Source of the DNA: an uncultured Prochlorococcus sp.
GTDB taxonomy: Bacteria; Cyanobacteriota; Cyanobacteriia; PCC-6307; Cyanobiaceae
Direction of reading: 5' to 3'
Assembly: GCA_902560875.1 (NCBI GenBank)
Contig: CACENO010000004.1
Location: forward strand, 22,451 to 86,450
Length of the DNA: 64,000 nt
Shown here: piece after piece, positions 1 to 10,609 of the stretch
How the letters are laid out: every line of letters starts with the position of its first letter
Numbering within the stretch: the stretch's first letter is position 1
Made by a program: the position numbers and the translations under genes
Notes under the pieces: generated by a model
Seen by the model: only the letters and a program-made list of their open reading frames with translations
Told to the model about the DNA's origin: nothing
The model's database searches: none

Positions 1-2
1 TA

Positions 3-1538
<1,536 letters not shown>

Positions 1539-1541
1539 AGA

Positions 1542-2177
1542 ATGGCATCCACACTTCCTGTGGTGGAAAAGTTCCACTCTTTACAAGGAGAAGGAGCACA
1601 TGTAGGTCGAAGTGCATTCTTCATACGATTAGCCAGTTGCAAAGTTGGATGTTCATGGTGTGATACGAAAAATTCTTGGTCAACCAATAATCACCCCAAA
1701 GAAAGTATCGACAATATCTCACAAGCAGTAGCTAATGCATATACGAAAGGTGCAGCATTTGTAGTTATTACGGGTGGGGAACCATTGCATCACAACTTAG
1801 ACACCTTATGCAATGCAATTCGAAACATCACAACTCGTGCAAATACACAACCCATACCTATTCATCTTGAAACTAGTGGAGTCGATCCATTGAGTGGTCG
1901 TCCAAACTGGATAACTCTCTCACCAAAGAGACATGCACCCCCGCGAAAAGAAATTATTAATACATGTCAGGAGTTAAAAGTGATTGTACACAATCAAGAA
2001 GATCTTCTATTTGCAGAAGATATAGCAAAACATGCCAATAAATCCTCACAACCACTGTTATTCTTACAGCCAGGTTGGAACGCCAAAGAAGGGGAAAAGC
2101 TAACTCTCGAATATGTAAAAACCCACCCGCAATGGAGGCTTAGTCTACAAACACACAAATGGCTTGGAGTGCTTTAA
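1542..2177 (+). CDS. queE: 7-carboxy-7-deazaguanine synthase (radical SAM)
   Basis: FHSLQGEG, CxxxCxxCDT, ITGGEP and WRLSLQTHK motifs; adjacent to queC. Confidence 0.93.
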   Translation: MASTLPVVEKFHSLQGEGAHVGRSAFFIRLASCKVGCSWCDTKNSWSTNNHPKESIDNISQAVANAYTKGAAFVVITGGEPLHHNLDTLCNAIRNITTRANTQPIPIHLETSGVDPLSGRPNWITLSPKRHAPPRKEIINTCQELKVIVHNQEDLLFAEDIAKHANKSSQPLLFLQPGWNAKEGEKLTLEYVKTHPQWRLSLQTHKWLGVL

Positions 2178-2190
2178 AGACCAGATTACA

Positions 2191-2871
2191 ATGACACAAA
2201 ATACTACTATTGCTTTACTTTCAGGAGGATTAGATTCAACAACTGCTGCTGCATTAGCAAAAGAAGCCAATCAAAAAGTGATAGGGTTATCATTCGATTA
2301 TGGTCAAAGGCATCGACGTGAATTAAAGGCTGCTTCTGATCTAGCAAACTTTTTAAAATTACATGAACACCAAATCATTAATGTTAATTTGGCTAAATGG
2401 GGAGGGTCATCACTAACTGATGATACGCAGGAAATTCCTATTTCTGGTATTTCTGAAAACAAAATACCAAATACTTATGTGCCAGGTAGAAATACAGTAT
2501 TCATTGCTATCGGTTTAAGCTTTGCAGAAGCAAGAGGTGCTAATCAACTTGTTTTAGGCATAAATGCTATGGATTACTCCGGATATCCTGACTGCAGACC
2601 TGACTATTTAGAAGCGTTCCAAAATCTTGCCAACCTATCTAGTAAAGCTGGCCGTGAAGGAAATGGTATAAAACTATGGGCTCCTTTAATTCATTTGAGC
2701 AAAGTAGAGATTATTCAACAAGCATTGAGATTAAATATACCAATTGAACGGACATGGAGTTGCTACAAAGGACAAAACAAAGCGTGTGGTATATGTGATA
2801 GTTGTCGTATCCGAGATGAAGCCTTAATAAAAATTGGTAGAGCAGACCTTTGTAGCAATATGCAATTCTAA
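2191..2871 (+). CDS. queC: 7-cyano-7-deazaguanine synthase
   Basis: [19 protein letters not shown] and CGxCDSC motifs. ATG at 2191 preferred over the TTG at 2164. Confidence 0.96.
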   Translation: MTQNTTIALLSGGLDSTTAAALAKEANQKVIGLSFDYGQRHRRELKAASDLANFLKLHEHQIINVNLAKWGGSSLTDDTQEIPISGISENKIPNTYVPGRNTVFIAIGLSFAEARGANQLVLGINAMDYSGYPDCRPDYLEAFQNLANLSSKAGREGNGIKLWAPLIHLSKVEIIQQALRLNIPIERTWSCYKGQNKACGICDSCRIRDEALIKIGRADLCSNMQF

Positions 2872-4205
2872 TGACTCTTATTCGACAGCTATATCGATGG
2901 CAAAAGCCAGAGATATTAGTTGAGCAATTAATTAAAACGTGGGGAGAAGCAGGCCTTATTTGGCTTGATGGAGATGGAACTGATTTAGGAAGATGGGCAA
3001 TACTAGCCGTCGACCCTATTGACCAAATCTGTTGCAGAGGACTACCTAAAACTAAGGCAGCATCAAACCCATTCAATGCCTTGAAAAATTTAAAGGCAGG
3101 TCACTGGACTGGGTGGCTTAGCTATGAAGCAGCTGCATGGACAGAACCCAAAAACCCCTGGAAATCGGATGAGATAGCAACACTATGGATCGCAGCTCAT
3201 GATCCAATTCTAAAATTTGATCTTAAAAAGCATGAATTATGGATAGAAGGTAGAAACAAAAACCGCTTTCAAAAATTTGCGCATTGGCTAGAAAATATTG
3301 AGGAATCACAAAAAATCCCTAACCAATTACCCTCAATACCTCCTGAAAAAAGCGTTGAAATTCCCTTAGATGCATGGGAGTGGATTACTCACAAAGCTAA
3401 TTTTTCATATAATGTCGAACAAATAAAAAATTGGATTGCTAAAGGAGATATTTTCCAAGCAAATCTAACGACATCGTGTACAACTATCCTCCCTAATAAA
3501 ACTAAAGCAATTGATATTTTTCAAAAACTGCGAAAATTATGTCCTGCACCATTTGCAGGACTAGTGATAGGTGCAGATCAGGCAAACAATGAAGCAATAA
3601 TATCGACATCTCCAGAACGATTTCTCAAAGTACTACCTAATGGAGAAGTTGAAAGTAGACCTATTAAAGGAACAAGACCAAGGCATCCTGATCCCAAAAA
3701 AGATGCTGATTTGGCTGCTGCCCTTGTTTGCAGTGCAAAAGATAGAGCAGAAAATATAATGATTGTTGACTTAATTCGAAATGATCTTGGAAGAGTTTGT
3801 AAGCCAGGTTCAATTTCTGTCCCTCAAATAGTAGAGCTGGAAAGTTATTCACAAGTTCACCATCTAACTTCAGTCGTCAAAGGTTTTTTACAACCCAATA
3901 AAACATGGGTAGATTTGTTAGAAGCATCATGGCCAGGAGGGTCTATCACTGGTGCACCCAAATTACGTGCTTGTCAACGGCTACATGAACTTGAACCAGT
4001 AGCACGTGGGCCATACTGTGGATCATTAATACATCTTGACTGGAATGGCACTTTTGACAGTAATATTCTTATTCGCTCTTTGATTCTTGAAGGAAGAACA
4101 TTAAGAGCACATGCTGGTTGTGGAATTGTCGCTGATTCAGATCCACAAAACGAAGCAGAAGAGTTAAGTTGGAAATTAATACCAATTTTAAAAGCGTTGG
4201 AATAA
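2871..4205 (+). CDS. pabB: Aminodeoxychorismate synthase component I (anthranilate synthase component I family)
   Basis: SPERFL, PIKGTRPR, KDRAENIMIVDLIRND and PGGSITGAPK motifs; followed by a class IV aminotransferase. Confidence 0.85.
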   Translation: MTLIRQLYRWQKPEILVEQLIKTWGEAGLIWLDGDGTDLGRWAILAVDPIDQICCRGLPKTKAASNPFNALKNLKAGHWTGWLSYEAAAWTEPKNPWKSDEIATLWIAAHDPILKFDLKKHELWIEGRNKNRFQKFAHWLENIEESQKIPNQLPSIPPEKSVEIPLDAWEWITHKANFSYNVEQIKNWIAKGDIFQANLTTSCTTILPNKTKAIDIFQKLRKLCPAPFAGLVIGADQANNEAIISTSPERFLKVLPNGEVESRPIKGTRPRHPDPKKDADLAAALVCSAKDRAENIMIVDLIRNDLGRVCKPGSISVPQIVELESYSQVHHLTSVVKGFLQPNKTWVDLLEASWPGGSITGAPKLRACQRLHELEPVARGPYCGSLIHLDWNGTFDSNILIRSLILEGRTLRAHAGCGIVADSDPQNEAEELSWKLIPILKALE

Positions 4206-4209
4206 ACAT

Positions 4210-5046
4210 ATGAACAAAAGAGTAGGTTGGTTTAACAATGAATGGGCCAACTTAGATAATCTTAAAATTCCAATTTGTGATCGAGGCCTAACTCTCGGTG
4301 ATGGTATCTTCGAAACGATTCTTATTTGTCAAGGACAGCCACAACTACTTTCAAAGCATTTAGATCGCTGGCAAAAAAGTGCCGAACTGTTACATATGGC
4401 ACAACCTCCATCAGAAGAAAGGATAAGAAATTTAATTTTTGAAGGTATCGAACTCATTTCCTTACATAAAAATAATGCTGCTCTCAGACTCAATTGGACA
4501 AGAGGAGACAACGATCTGAGAGGAATCAATATTTCAAAAGAAAAAGCCAATCCATCCAATCATCGATTTTGGATAGAGCTCAATTTTCATGAACCCTACT
4601 TCCATCCAGTATCCGCCCTCATAAGTAGTCATGAAAAACGAAATGCGAATAGTCAAATAAGTCGTTGTAAAACTATTAACTACATCCAATCTATCAATGC
4701 AAGGCAAGAAGCCAAGCTTTTAGGATATGATGAAGCTCTACTTCAGAGTACGAATAGTGAAATTTGTTGTGGAGCAACAGCTAATCTTATTGTGAAAAGA
4801 CAAGGTCAATTTTTAACCCCACGCTTAGAAAGTGGTTGTTTGCCAGGAATTATGCGCCAACAGGGCCTTGATACTGGACTTTTAATAGAAGCAAAAATAG
4901 ATATTGAACCCCAAGAAGGAGATGAATGGCTACTTATTAATAGTCTTAGTTGTCAAGCAATCAATCAAGTGAAAAATAAATCCCTTCAAACTTCTACAAA
5001 TCCAAAAACGCTTTGGTGGAAATTACTAAAAACAAGGGTTGACTGA
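4210..5046 (+). CDS. Class IV aminotransferase, probable 4-amino-4-deoxychorismate lyase
   Basis: DRGLTLGDGIFET, KTINY and LPGIMR motifs; downstream of pabB. Confidence 0.8.
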   Translation: MNKRVGWFNNEWANLDNLKIPICDRGLTLGDGIFETILICQGQPQLLSKHLDRWQKSAELLHMAQPPSEERIRNLIFEGIELISLHKNNAALRLNWTRGDNDLRGINISKEKANPSNHRFWIELNFHEPYFHPVSALISSHEKRNANSQISRCKTINYIQSINARQEAKLLGYDEALLQSTNSEICCGATANLIVKRQGQFLTPRLESGCLPGIMRQQGLDTGLLIEAKIDIEPQEGDEWLLINSLSCQAINQVKNKSLQTSTNPKTLWWKLLKTRVD

Positions 5047-5069
5047 AGAAGATCAAATCGTCTCCTTTA

Positions 5070-5858
5070 TTACTCAAAGAGAATCGGCATAGTGACATTA
5101 GCGGGAGATGGTGCACATGCCTCAACCTGATAATCAACCACTGCTCCTATCATGACAATGGAAGGTGAGCAAATACCTAACTTCTCTACTTCTAGAACTA
5201 GCTGCTTCAACGAAGCTTTTACATATCTCTGCCCAATCACAGTGCCTTGTTGAATCACTGCTGAGGAAGTAGAAGGCTCCAATCCACCTGCAATTAACTC
5301 ATCAACAAGGTATTGAAGATTGTGCAAGCCCATATAAATCACCAAGCCATCAGTAGCAGTTGCCAAAGCTCTCCAATTCACAGAAGGTCGACGTTTATCA
5401 ATACCCTCATGGCCAGTCACAAAGGTGACAGATGAACCAGCAAGTCTATGCGTTACAGGGATTCCAACATAGGCAGGGACAGCAATACCAGCTGTTATGC
5501 CAGGCACTACCTCTACTGGAACACCATGACGCTCCAAATAAGCAGCTTCTTCCGCTCCTCGCCCAAACAAAAAAGGATCTCCTCCCTTAAGACGCACTAC
5601 ACATGAATGACACCGTGCCATTTCAATAAGAACAGAATTAGTTTTCACCTGCGGAACAGAATGGTGGCCACGCCTCTTACCAACAAAATGAAGATGGCAA
5701 GACAGCGAAACTAACTCCAACAACTCTTGAGGCACTAAAGAGTCATAAATAAGAGCATCACATTGTTGAAGCAAACGTTGTGCCTTAACGGTCAACAAAT
5801 CAGGGTCACCCGGGCCAGCGCCTACGAGATACACTTTTCCATATTTAGCCTCAGTCAT
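5070..5858 (-). CDS. cobA: Uroporphyrinogen-III C-methyltransferase (siroheme/corrin precursor)
   Basis: VYLVGAGPGDPDLLT, RLKGGDPFLFGRG and VVPGIT motifs. ATG at 5858 preferred. Divergent from nirA, which needs siroheme. Confidence 0.95.
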   Translation of the reverse strand: MTEAKYGKVYLVGAGPGDPDLLTVKAQRLLQQCDALIYDSLVPQELLELVSLSCHLHFVGKRRGHHSVPQVKTNSVLIEMARCHSCVVRLKGGDPFLFGRGAEEAAYLERHGVPVEVVPGITAGIAVPAYVGIPVTHRLAGSSVTFVTGHEGIDKRRPSVNWRALATATDGLVIYMGLHNLQYLVDELIAGGLEPSTSSAVIQQGTVIGQRYVKASLKQLVLEVEKLGICSPSIVMIGAVVDYQVEACAPSPANVTMPILFE

Positions 5859-6001
5859 GTCAGCAATCTGAACCCTCGTACTAAGCAAGGAAGATATAAC
5901 TCTATTTCAACCCGGTCAGAGGGCAAAGAGTCAATAATGTGTTCTAAAGAACAATGAGAACTAACTCAGCCTTTAATCAATAGACAGCTAAAAGACATTT
6001 C

Positions 6002-6015
6002 GTATCAAATACAAC
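6002..6015. promoter_or_regulatory. Possible NtcA site (GTA-N8-AAC)
   Basis: gta-tcaaatac-aac, one mismatch to GTA-N8-TAC, in the cobA/nirA divergent region. Confidence 0.35.
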
Positions 6016-6177
6016 CGATCAAAAGTATCTTTCAATGGTGAAATGATAATAATCTAGAAGACAGCAATGCGAAGTGAACCTTACACAAATCAGAACTCAT
6101 TTCAAAAAAACCATAAACCAAGGTGCTTGAAGAAAAAAAAACATTTCAATAGCATTCTTGAAAGAGACATATTTGCC

Positions 6178-6249
6178 ATGAAACAAGTATTGCAAATACT
6201 AAAGCAAGGGACAATTCGTTGGATCGGAGAAATTGGTCGTCAATATTAA
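6178..6249 (+). CDS. Candidate 23-aa microprotein MKQVLQILKQGTIRWIGEIGRQY
   Basis: Internal ATG of the 6067-6249 ORF; amphipathic pattern resembling the 8135-8278 microprotein. Confidence 0.4.
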   Translation: MKQVLQILKQGTIRWIGEIGRQY

Positions 6250-6296
6250 TTACCCTCTAAGAAGTTTACCCCAACCAGTTAAAAGCGCTTTTAACT

Positions 6297-6357
6297 GTAT
6301 TCAATATAACCAAAAATTGAATATCATATAAATATCTAAAATTGTGCGAATCGCTAC
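6297..6357 (+). promoter_or_regulatory. Two NtcA-like sites upstream of nirA
   Basis: GTA-ttcaatat-AAC at 6297-6310 and GTG-cgaatcgc-TAC at 6344-6357. nirA is a canonical NtcA target. Confidence 0.5.
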
Positions 6358-6476
6358 TTTATAAATATCCATCTTGTTGCTTAATAGATCTAACAGCACA
6401 CATTGTTTAGAAGTGCTGTAAGACATACAAACTCACCGAAAATTATTTAGCCAGTAGTTTTTCTACGCAATTTTTA

Positions 6477-8090
6477 ATGACTACTATTTCCAAACCTAAT
6501 TCATTCCTTGAAGGTAAAAAATTAAATAAAATTGAACAGAAAAAAGCCGAAAAAGATGGGCTTGAAGTGGGCAATGAAATAAAAAAATTCTCAGAAGTTG
6601 GCTGGGAATCAATTGATAAAACTGACCTGGAACTACGACTTAAATGGTATGGAATGTTTTGGAGACCAAAAACTCCTGGAAAATTTATGTTGCGCTTACG
6701 AATTCCAAATGGAGTCCTTACATCGCATCAGCTGACAATCATTGCTTCGATCGTTGCAAGATATGGAGAAGATGGAAGTTGTGATATAACAACACGACAA
6801 AATCTTCAATTACGTGGAATATTAATTAGTGATCTTCCTGAAATACTTAAGCGATTAAAAGAAGCCGATATCTGGACTATACAATCTGGTTTTGATAACC
6901 CAAGAAATATCACTGGAAATCCTTTAGCTGGTGTAGATCCAAAAGAAATTATAGATACCAGACCATTTACAATGAAACTAAACAAATTTCTCACACAAGA
7001 TGGCTTAGGGAATTCCAAATTTTCTAATCTCCCTAGAAAATGGAATACAGCTATAGCTGGTTCAAAAGATAATTTTCTTTTACACAATGATCTTATTTTT
7101 CACCCAGTAGAATTAGATGGAGTTTTAGGTTTCGGAGTTTGGGTAGGTGGCATACTATCTTCTCAATTAAATGATTATGCAATTCCTCTAAATGCTTGGA
7201 TAAGAGAAGATCAAATTTGCAGATTAACTGAATGCATAATATCAATATGGCGTGAACATGGAGAGCGAGATAAAAGGTCAAAAGGAAGATTCAGATTCTT
7301 CCTAAACTCCATAGGAATTGATGAATTTAGAAAAATGGTAGAAAAGGATTTTGGTCAATTAGTTAAAGATCCAGGATCTATATTTGCACAAAAACCTAGA
7401 TCAATTTATGGAATTCATCCTCAAAAACAGACAGATAAATATTATGCTGGTGTTCATATTCCTGTTGGACGATTAACAGCTGAAGATTTGCAAAGTTTTT
7501 CTACAATAAGTAATGATTATGGCAGCAGTGAAATTCGACTAACTGAAGATCAAAATATAATTTTTATTGGTCTAGCTAAAAGTCAATTAAAAAACTTCAA
7601 AAATGAAGATATTTTCTCTCGTTTCAGTCTAGAACCCAATCCTATTGAAGCTGGAACAGTCTCATGCACAGGTAATACATATTGTAGTTTTGCATTAACT
7701 AACACAAAAGATCAGGCTCTAAAAATTTCTCAAGAACTTTCTCAAGAACTTGATTTATCAGAAGAAGTAAAAATTCATTGGACTGGATGCCCAAACAGCT
7801 GTGGACAAGCATATATGGGCGCCATAGGCCTAACTGGTACAAAAGGGAAAAATTCCGAAGGTAAAATGGTTGAAGCTTACGACATAAGTATTGGTGGGTC
7901 TCAAGGTAAAAAACAAAAAATTGGAATTTTAAGCCATAAATCAATTCTAAAAGATGAATTAAAAGTCACCCTAAAAAATATATTAGTAAAAGAATTCTCA
8001 GCTATTCCTAAAATGAAAGCCCAAAATAGAATCTTCTCTCAATTTATAAATTGGTTTAAAAAGTTGAAAGAAAGCCGCAATTCAACATAA
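6477..8090 (+). CDS. nirA: Ferredoxin-nitrite reductase
   Basis: KLNKIEQ, LRLKWYG, DITTRQNLQLRG and LPRKWN motifs; siroheme/4Fe-4S ligands in SCTGNTYC and HWTGCPNSCGQ. Confidence 0.97.
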   Translation: MTTISKPNSFLEGKKLNKIEQKKAEKDGLEVGNEIKKFSEVGWESIDKTDLELRLKWYGMFWRPKTPGKFMLRLRIPNGVLTSHQLTIIASIVARYGEDGSCDITTRQNLQLRGILISDLPEILKRLKEADIWTIQSGFDNPRNITGNPLAGVDPKEIIDTRPFTMKLNKFLTQDGLGNSKFSNLPRKWNTAIAGSKDNFLLHNDLIFHPVELDGVLGFGVWVGGILSSQLNDYAIPLNAWIREDQICRLTECIISIWREHGERDKRSKGRFRFFLNSIGIDEFRKMVEKDFGQLVKDPGSIFAQKPRSIYGIHPQKQTDKYYAGVHIPVGRLTAEDLQSFSTISNDYGSSEIRLTEDQNIIFIGLAKSQLKNFKNEDIFSRFSLEPNPIEAGTVSCTGNTYCSFALTNTKDQALKISQELSQELDLSEEVKIHWTGCPNSCGQAYMGAIGLTGTKGKNSEGKMVEAYDISIGGSQGKKQKIGILSHKSILKDELKVTLKNILVKEFSAIPKMKAQNRIFSQFINWFKKLKESRNST

Positions 8091-8100
8091 GCGGTTTTTT
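8071..8100 (+). terminator. Hairpin plus T-tract straddling the nirA stop codon
   Basis: aaagccgc-(12 nt)-gcggtttt followed by further T residues. Confidence 0.5.
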
Positions 8101-8134
8101 GCTCAACTTCTAACTACTTTCAACACAGCCTATT

Positions 8135-8278
8135 ATGCCTAAGACTTATAAAGCAAAAGATCTTCTTTCGAAATTTGTCAATTGGTTTAATCAATTAGGC
8201 AAAGATTTTCCATCCATAAATCGGACTGGAGGAAGTCAAGATTTTTTCTCCAAACTAATGAATCGTATTAGTTCATAA
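8135..8278 (+). CDS. 47-aa microprotein between nirA and focA (absent from the ORF track)
   Basis: ATG...TAA reading MPKTYKAKDLLSKFVNWFNQLGKDFPSINRTGGSQDFFSKLMNRISS; fills the gap in the same orientation and has an internal repeat. Confidence 0.75.
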   Translation: MPKTYKAKDLLSKFVNWFNQLGKDFPSINRTGGSQDFFSKLMNRISS

Positions 8279-8321
8279 GTTAAATAAAAATCCCAACAAC
8301 ACTTCTCTTTATTCCCATCCG

Positions 8322-9233
8322 ATGGATACAAATACGTCACAGATGGACTATGTCCTACCCAATGAACTTGTAGATGGAATGATTGCCGCAGGTGGCAAAA
8401 AATCGACAGTTAGTATCAAGAACCTTCTTGTTCGTGGATTCTACTCAGGAGCAATTCTAGGATTAGCAACATGCCTTGCGATAACAGTCGGCATTCAATC
8501 AGGAATGCCATTCCTTGGTTCAGTAATTTTTCCATTTGGTTTTGCAAGCATCGTGCTCTTTGGAATGGAGCTTGTAACCGGAAATTTTGCTCTGCTGCCA
8601 ATGGCAACTTGGGCTGGACGAAGTTCTTGGAGAGCTACATTTCGAAACTGGATGTGGGTTTGGATAGGTAATTTTCTAGGAACAGCACTAGTTGCTCTCT
8701 TGTTATCAATTAGTCTTACAAGTGCAGGAACAGTTGAACCACTTTCTGCGGCGGCTGGTGGAAAAGGCTGGGCAGTTGTAGCAGCAAAAATCATAGCAAT
8801 TAATAAGGCAAATGTACTTTTAAAATATGAATCACTAGGTAGCACGGGTTTTTTACTAGCTTTCTTACGAGGAATAATTGCAAATTGGCTAGTTTGCCTT
8901 GGTGTAACCATGGCATTAGTCAGCAAAAGTGTCCCAGGTAAAATACTTGCCTGCTGGCTACCAATCACAGCATTCCAAACTATGGGAATGGAGCATATTG
9001 TGGTAAATATGTTCCTTCATACTGCTGGACCTTTACTAGGCTCAGGTGTGCCATTTGGTAAAGTTATTTTTTGGAATTTCCTACCAGTAACTTTAGGAAA
9101 TATCGTAGGTGGAATGGTATTTATTGGAATGCTTTTCTATAGTACACATAGAACAAAAGTGACAAATGTATTACCTAGTGTTCATGATGAAAAATTAGAA
9201 CGAGAGCTTGCTGCAGAGCTAGGAGCTCGCTAA
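8322..9233 (+). CDS. focA: Formate/nitrite transporter family nitrite channel (FocA/NitM)
   Basis: ELVTGNF, GNFLG, ANWLVCLG, EHIVVNM and LGNIVGG FNT motifs; downstream of nirA. Confidence 0.95.
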   Translation: MDTNTSQMDYVLPNELVDGMIAAGGKKSTVSIKNLLVRGFYSGAILGLATCLAITVGIQSGMPFLGSVIFPFGFASIVLFGMELVTGNFALLPMATWAGRSSWRATFRNWMWVWIGNFLGTALVALLLSISLTSAGTVEPLSAAAGGKGWAVVAAKIIAINKANVLLKYESLGSTGFLLAFLRGIIANWLVCLGVTMALVSKSVPGKILACWLPITAFQTMGMEHIVVNMFLHTAGPLLGSGVPFGKVIFWNFLPVTLGNIVGGMVFIGMLFYSTHRTKVTNVLPSVHDEKLERELAAELGAR

Positions 9234-9243
9234 TTATATTTAC

Positions 9244-9285
9244 TTTAAGAAGATCATTTTGTAGTTATAAAATTATCTTCTTAAA
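9244..9285. terminator. AT-rich inverted repeat between convergent genes, probable bidirectional terminator
   Basis: tttaagaagat (9244-9254) pairs with atcttcttaaa (9275-9285). Confidence 0.55.
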
Positions 9286-9299
9286 ATAGATACTTTCTA

Positions 9300-9608
9300 C
9301 TAAATAATATTCAATTTCTCATAAGCTAAATCAGTTTCTAACATTGCTTGATCATCATCATGAAATGTACATCCATACATTAAATTAATAATTCTTTCCA
9401 TATCTATTTCACGATCAACCACATCTTGCCAAAGCCTATTCGTTAACTCTGGATCACCAAGTTCAAATTGAGCATGAACTAGTTCTCTGACTAGAATAAA
9501 AATAGATTGTCGATCATTTCGAAATCGAGACTCGCAAAACTCCAAAGAGGAAGGTTTCTCAAGCGTTTCTCTTGGTTCCTTTAGACTCAGTTTTTGAAGC
9601 ATAACCAA
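9300..9608 (-). CDS. Hypothetical protein in the nitrite locus
   Basis: 102-aa ORF with protein-like composition (RLWQDVVDREIDMERIINLMYGC); fills the gap. Confidence 0.7.
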   Translation of the reverse strand: MVMLQKLSLKEPRETLEKPSSLEFCESRFRNDRQSIFILVRELVHAQFELGDPELTNRLWQDVVDREIDMERIINLMYGCTFHDDDQAMLETDLAYEKLNII

Positions 9609-9721
9609 CCTTTATTACTTTTTATTAGTAAATCAGTAAGACGCTTAGGTCATTGGAATTAACAAAAATTAAATTATTACTCACAGGATTAGTAACAAAG
9701 CCTACTTCCACAAAATATCGT

Positions 9722-10456
9722 ATGGAATTCGATGAAACTCACATTTGGAAGGAGCTTCAAGCTTCACCTAAGGGTCAACTAAAAGCTGACTGGCTAGGTA
9801 AAGCCTATTCACCTCAAGCTTCAATTGAACTGCGCACACAAATAGCAGAAAGGCTCGGCATGCTTGCGGAAGAGGGTTGGCCAATGCTTAGATTACTTTT
9901 AAACAAATATGGCACTGAGCCAGAACTAATATATGCAACAGGAATTTGTCATCAAGCAGAAGCAAAAAACTATCTTATTATGCTTCTGCAAAAGGATAGT
10001 TTAAACCTTTCTATTCTACAAGCATTAGCCTGTTGGGGAACTTACCTACCAAACAAAACACTAAGAAAAATTCTTCATGAAGCTAACCAATCAATCAGAT
10101 TAGCAGGCTTAGAATTAGTCAAGTTTAAGGCACATCAATTAACTGATTCGGAGTTATTAGAACTCACTAAAGATATGCTAGATGATTTTCGGGAACCTAT
10201 AGTAATGTCCACAATCAAAATCTTACAAAGACGTGATAGTTTGGAGATTTGCGATGCAATTGCTTACATAGTCGAAAATGGATCTGATAAAACAGCTTAT
10301 TCTGCATTGATGGCATTAGGTGCAATTGGAAAAGAAAGTAGCCATCAGACCCTAATTAAATTGTCAGAGAACCTACCTTTAGGAAATCGGCGCAACCTAG
10401 CAAAAAAACAACTAAAGCATCAATATAGATTTTCTAAATTCCTTAAAGAATACTAA
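9722..10456 (+). CDS. HEAT-repeat (PBS-lyase-like) protein, possible NirB-type nitrite reductase accessory factor
   Basis: Repeated helical units (ILQALACWG, IRLAGLELV, ALMALGAIG). ATG at 9722 preferred. The NirB link is inferred from context. Confidence 0.7.
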   Translation: MEFDETHIWKELQASPKGQLKADWLGKAYSPQASIELRTQIAERLGMLAEEGWPMLRLLLNKYGTEPELIYATGICHQAEAKNYLIMLLQKDSLNLSILQALACWGTYLPNKTLRKILHEANQSIRLAGLELVKFKAHQLTDSELLELTKDMLDDFREPIVMSTIKILQRRDSLEICDAIAYIVENGSDKTAYSALMALGAIGKESSHQTLIKLSENLPLGNRRNLAKKQLKHQYRFSKFLKEY

Positions 10457-10540
10457 ATCACACCAAACTAATACCAAATGAATTCCAGATTATGTGTAAA
10501 ATCAGAACATATTTTTATTTACCATCAAATACTAAAATCA

Positions 10541-10554
10541 GTAGCAAAAATGAC
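10541..10554 (+). promoter_or_regulatory. Possible NtcA site (GTA-N8-GAC)
   Basis: gta-gcaaaaat-gac, 55 bp upstream of the CnaT-like gene. Confidence 0.3.
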
Positions 10555-10609
10555 AACATCTAAAAGAGCACTTCAATGACGATTCTTTTTAATAAAAGCA
10601 TTTGAACCA

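Noticed and set aside
1542-2871. queE-queC as a 7-deazaguanine DNA-modification (dpd) island
   Set aside because: No dpdA/tgt-like or restriction genes nearby. This is the ordinary core position after pyrG, and queG for tRNA queuosine is also in the window.
6067-6177. First 37 codons of the 60-aa ORF upstream of nirA
   Set aside because: Low-complexity sequence with poly-A runs; only the part from ATG 6178 looks protein-like.
7726-7752. 12-bp tandem duplication in nirA (SQELSQEL), and a similar EAKEAKE in acnB
   Set aside because: Only two copies, in frame; compatible with chance or local slippage.
8416-8968. Antisense and alternate-frame ORFs over focA, and similar shadow ORFs over the MFS gene, acnB, dnaN and the topoisomerase gene
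   Set aside because: They lie fully inside well-supported genes and have no motifs, as expected for shadow frames.
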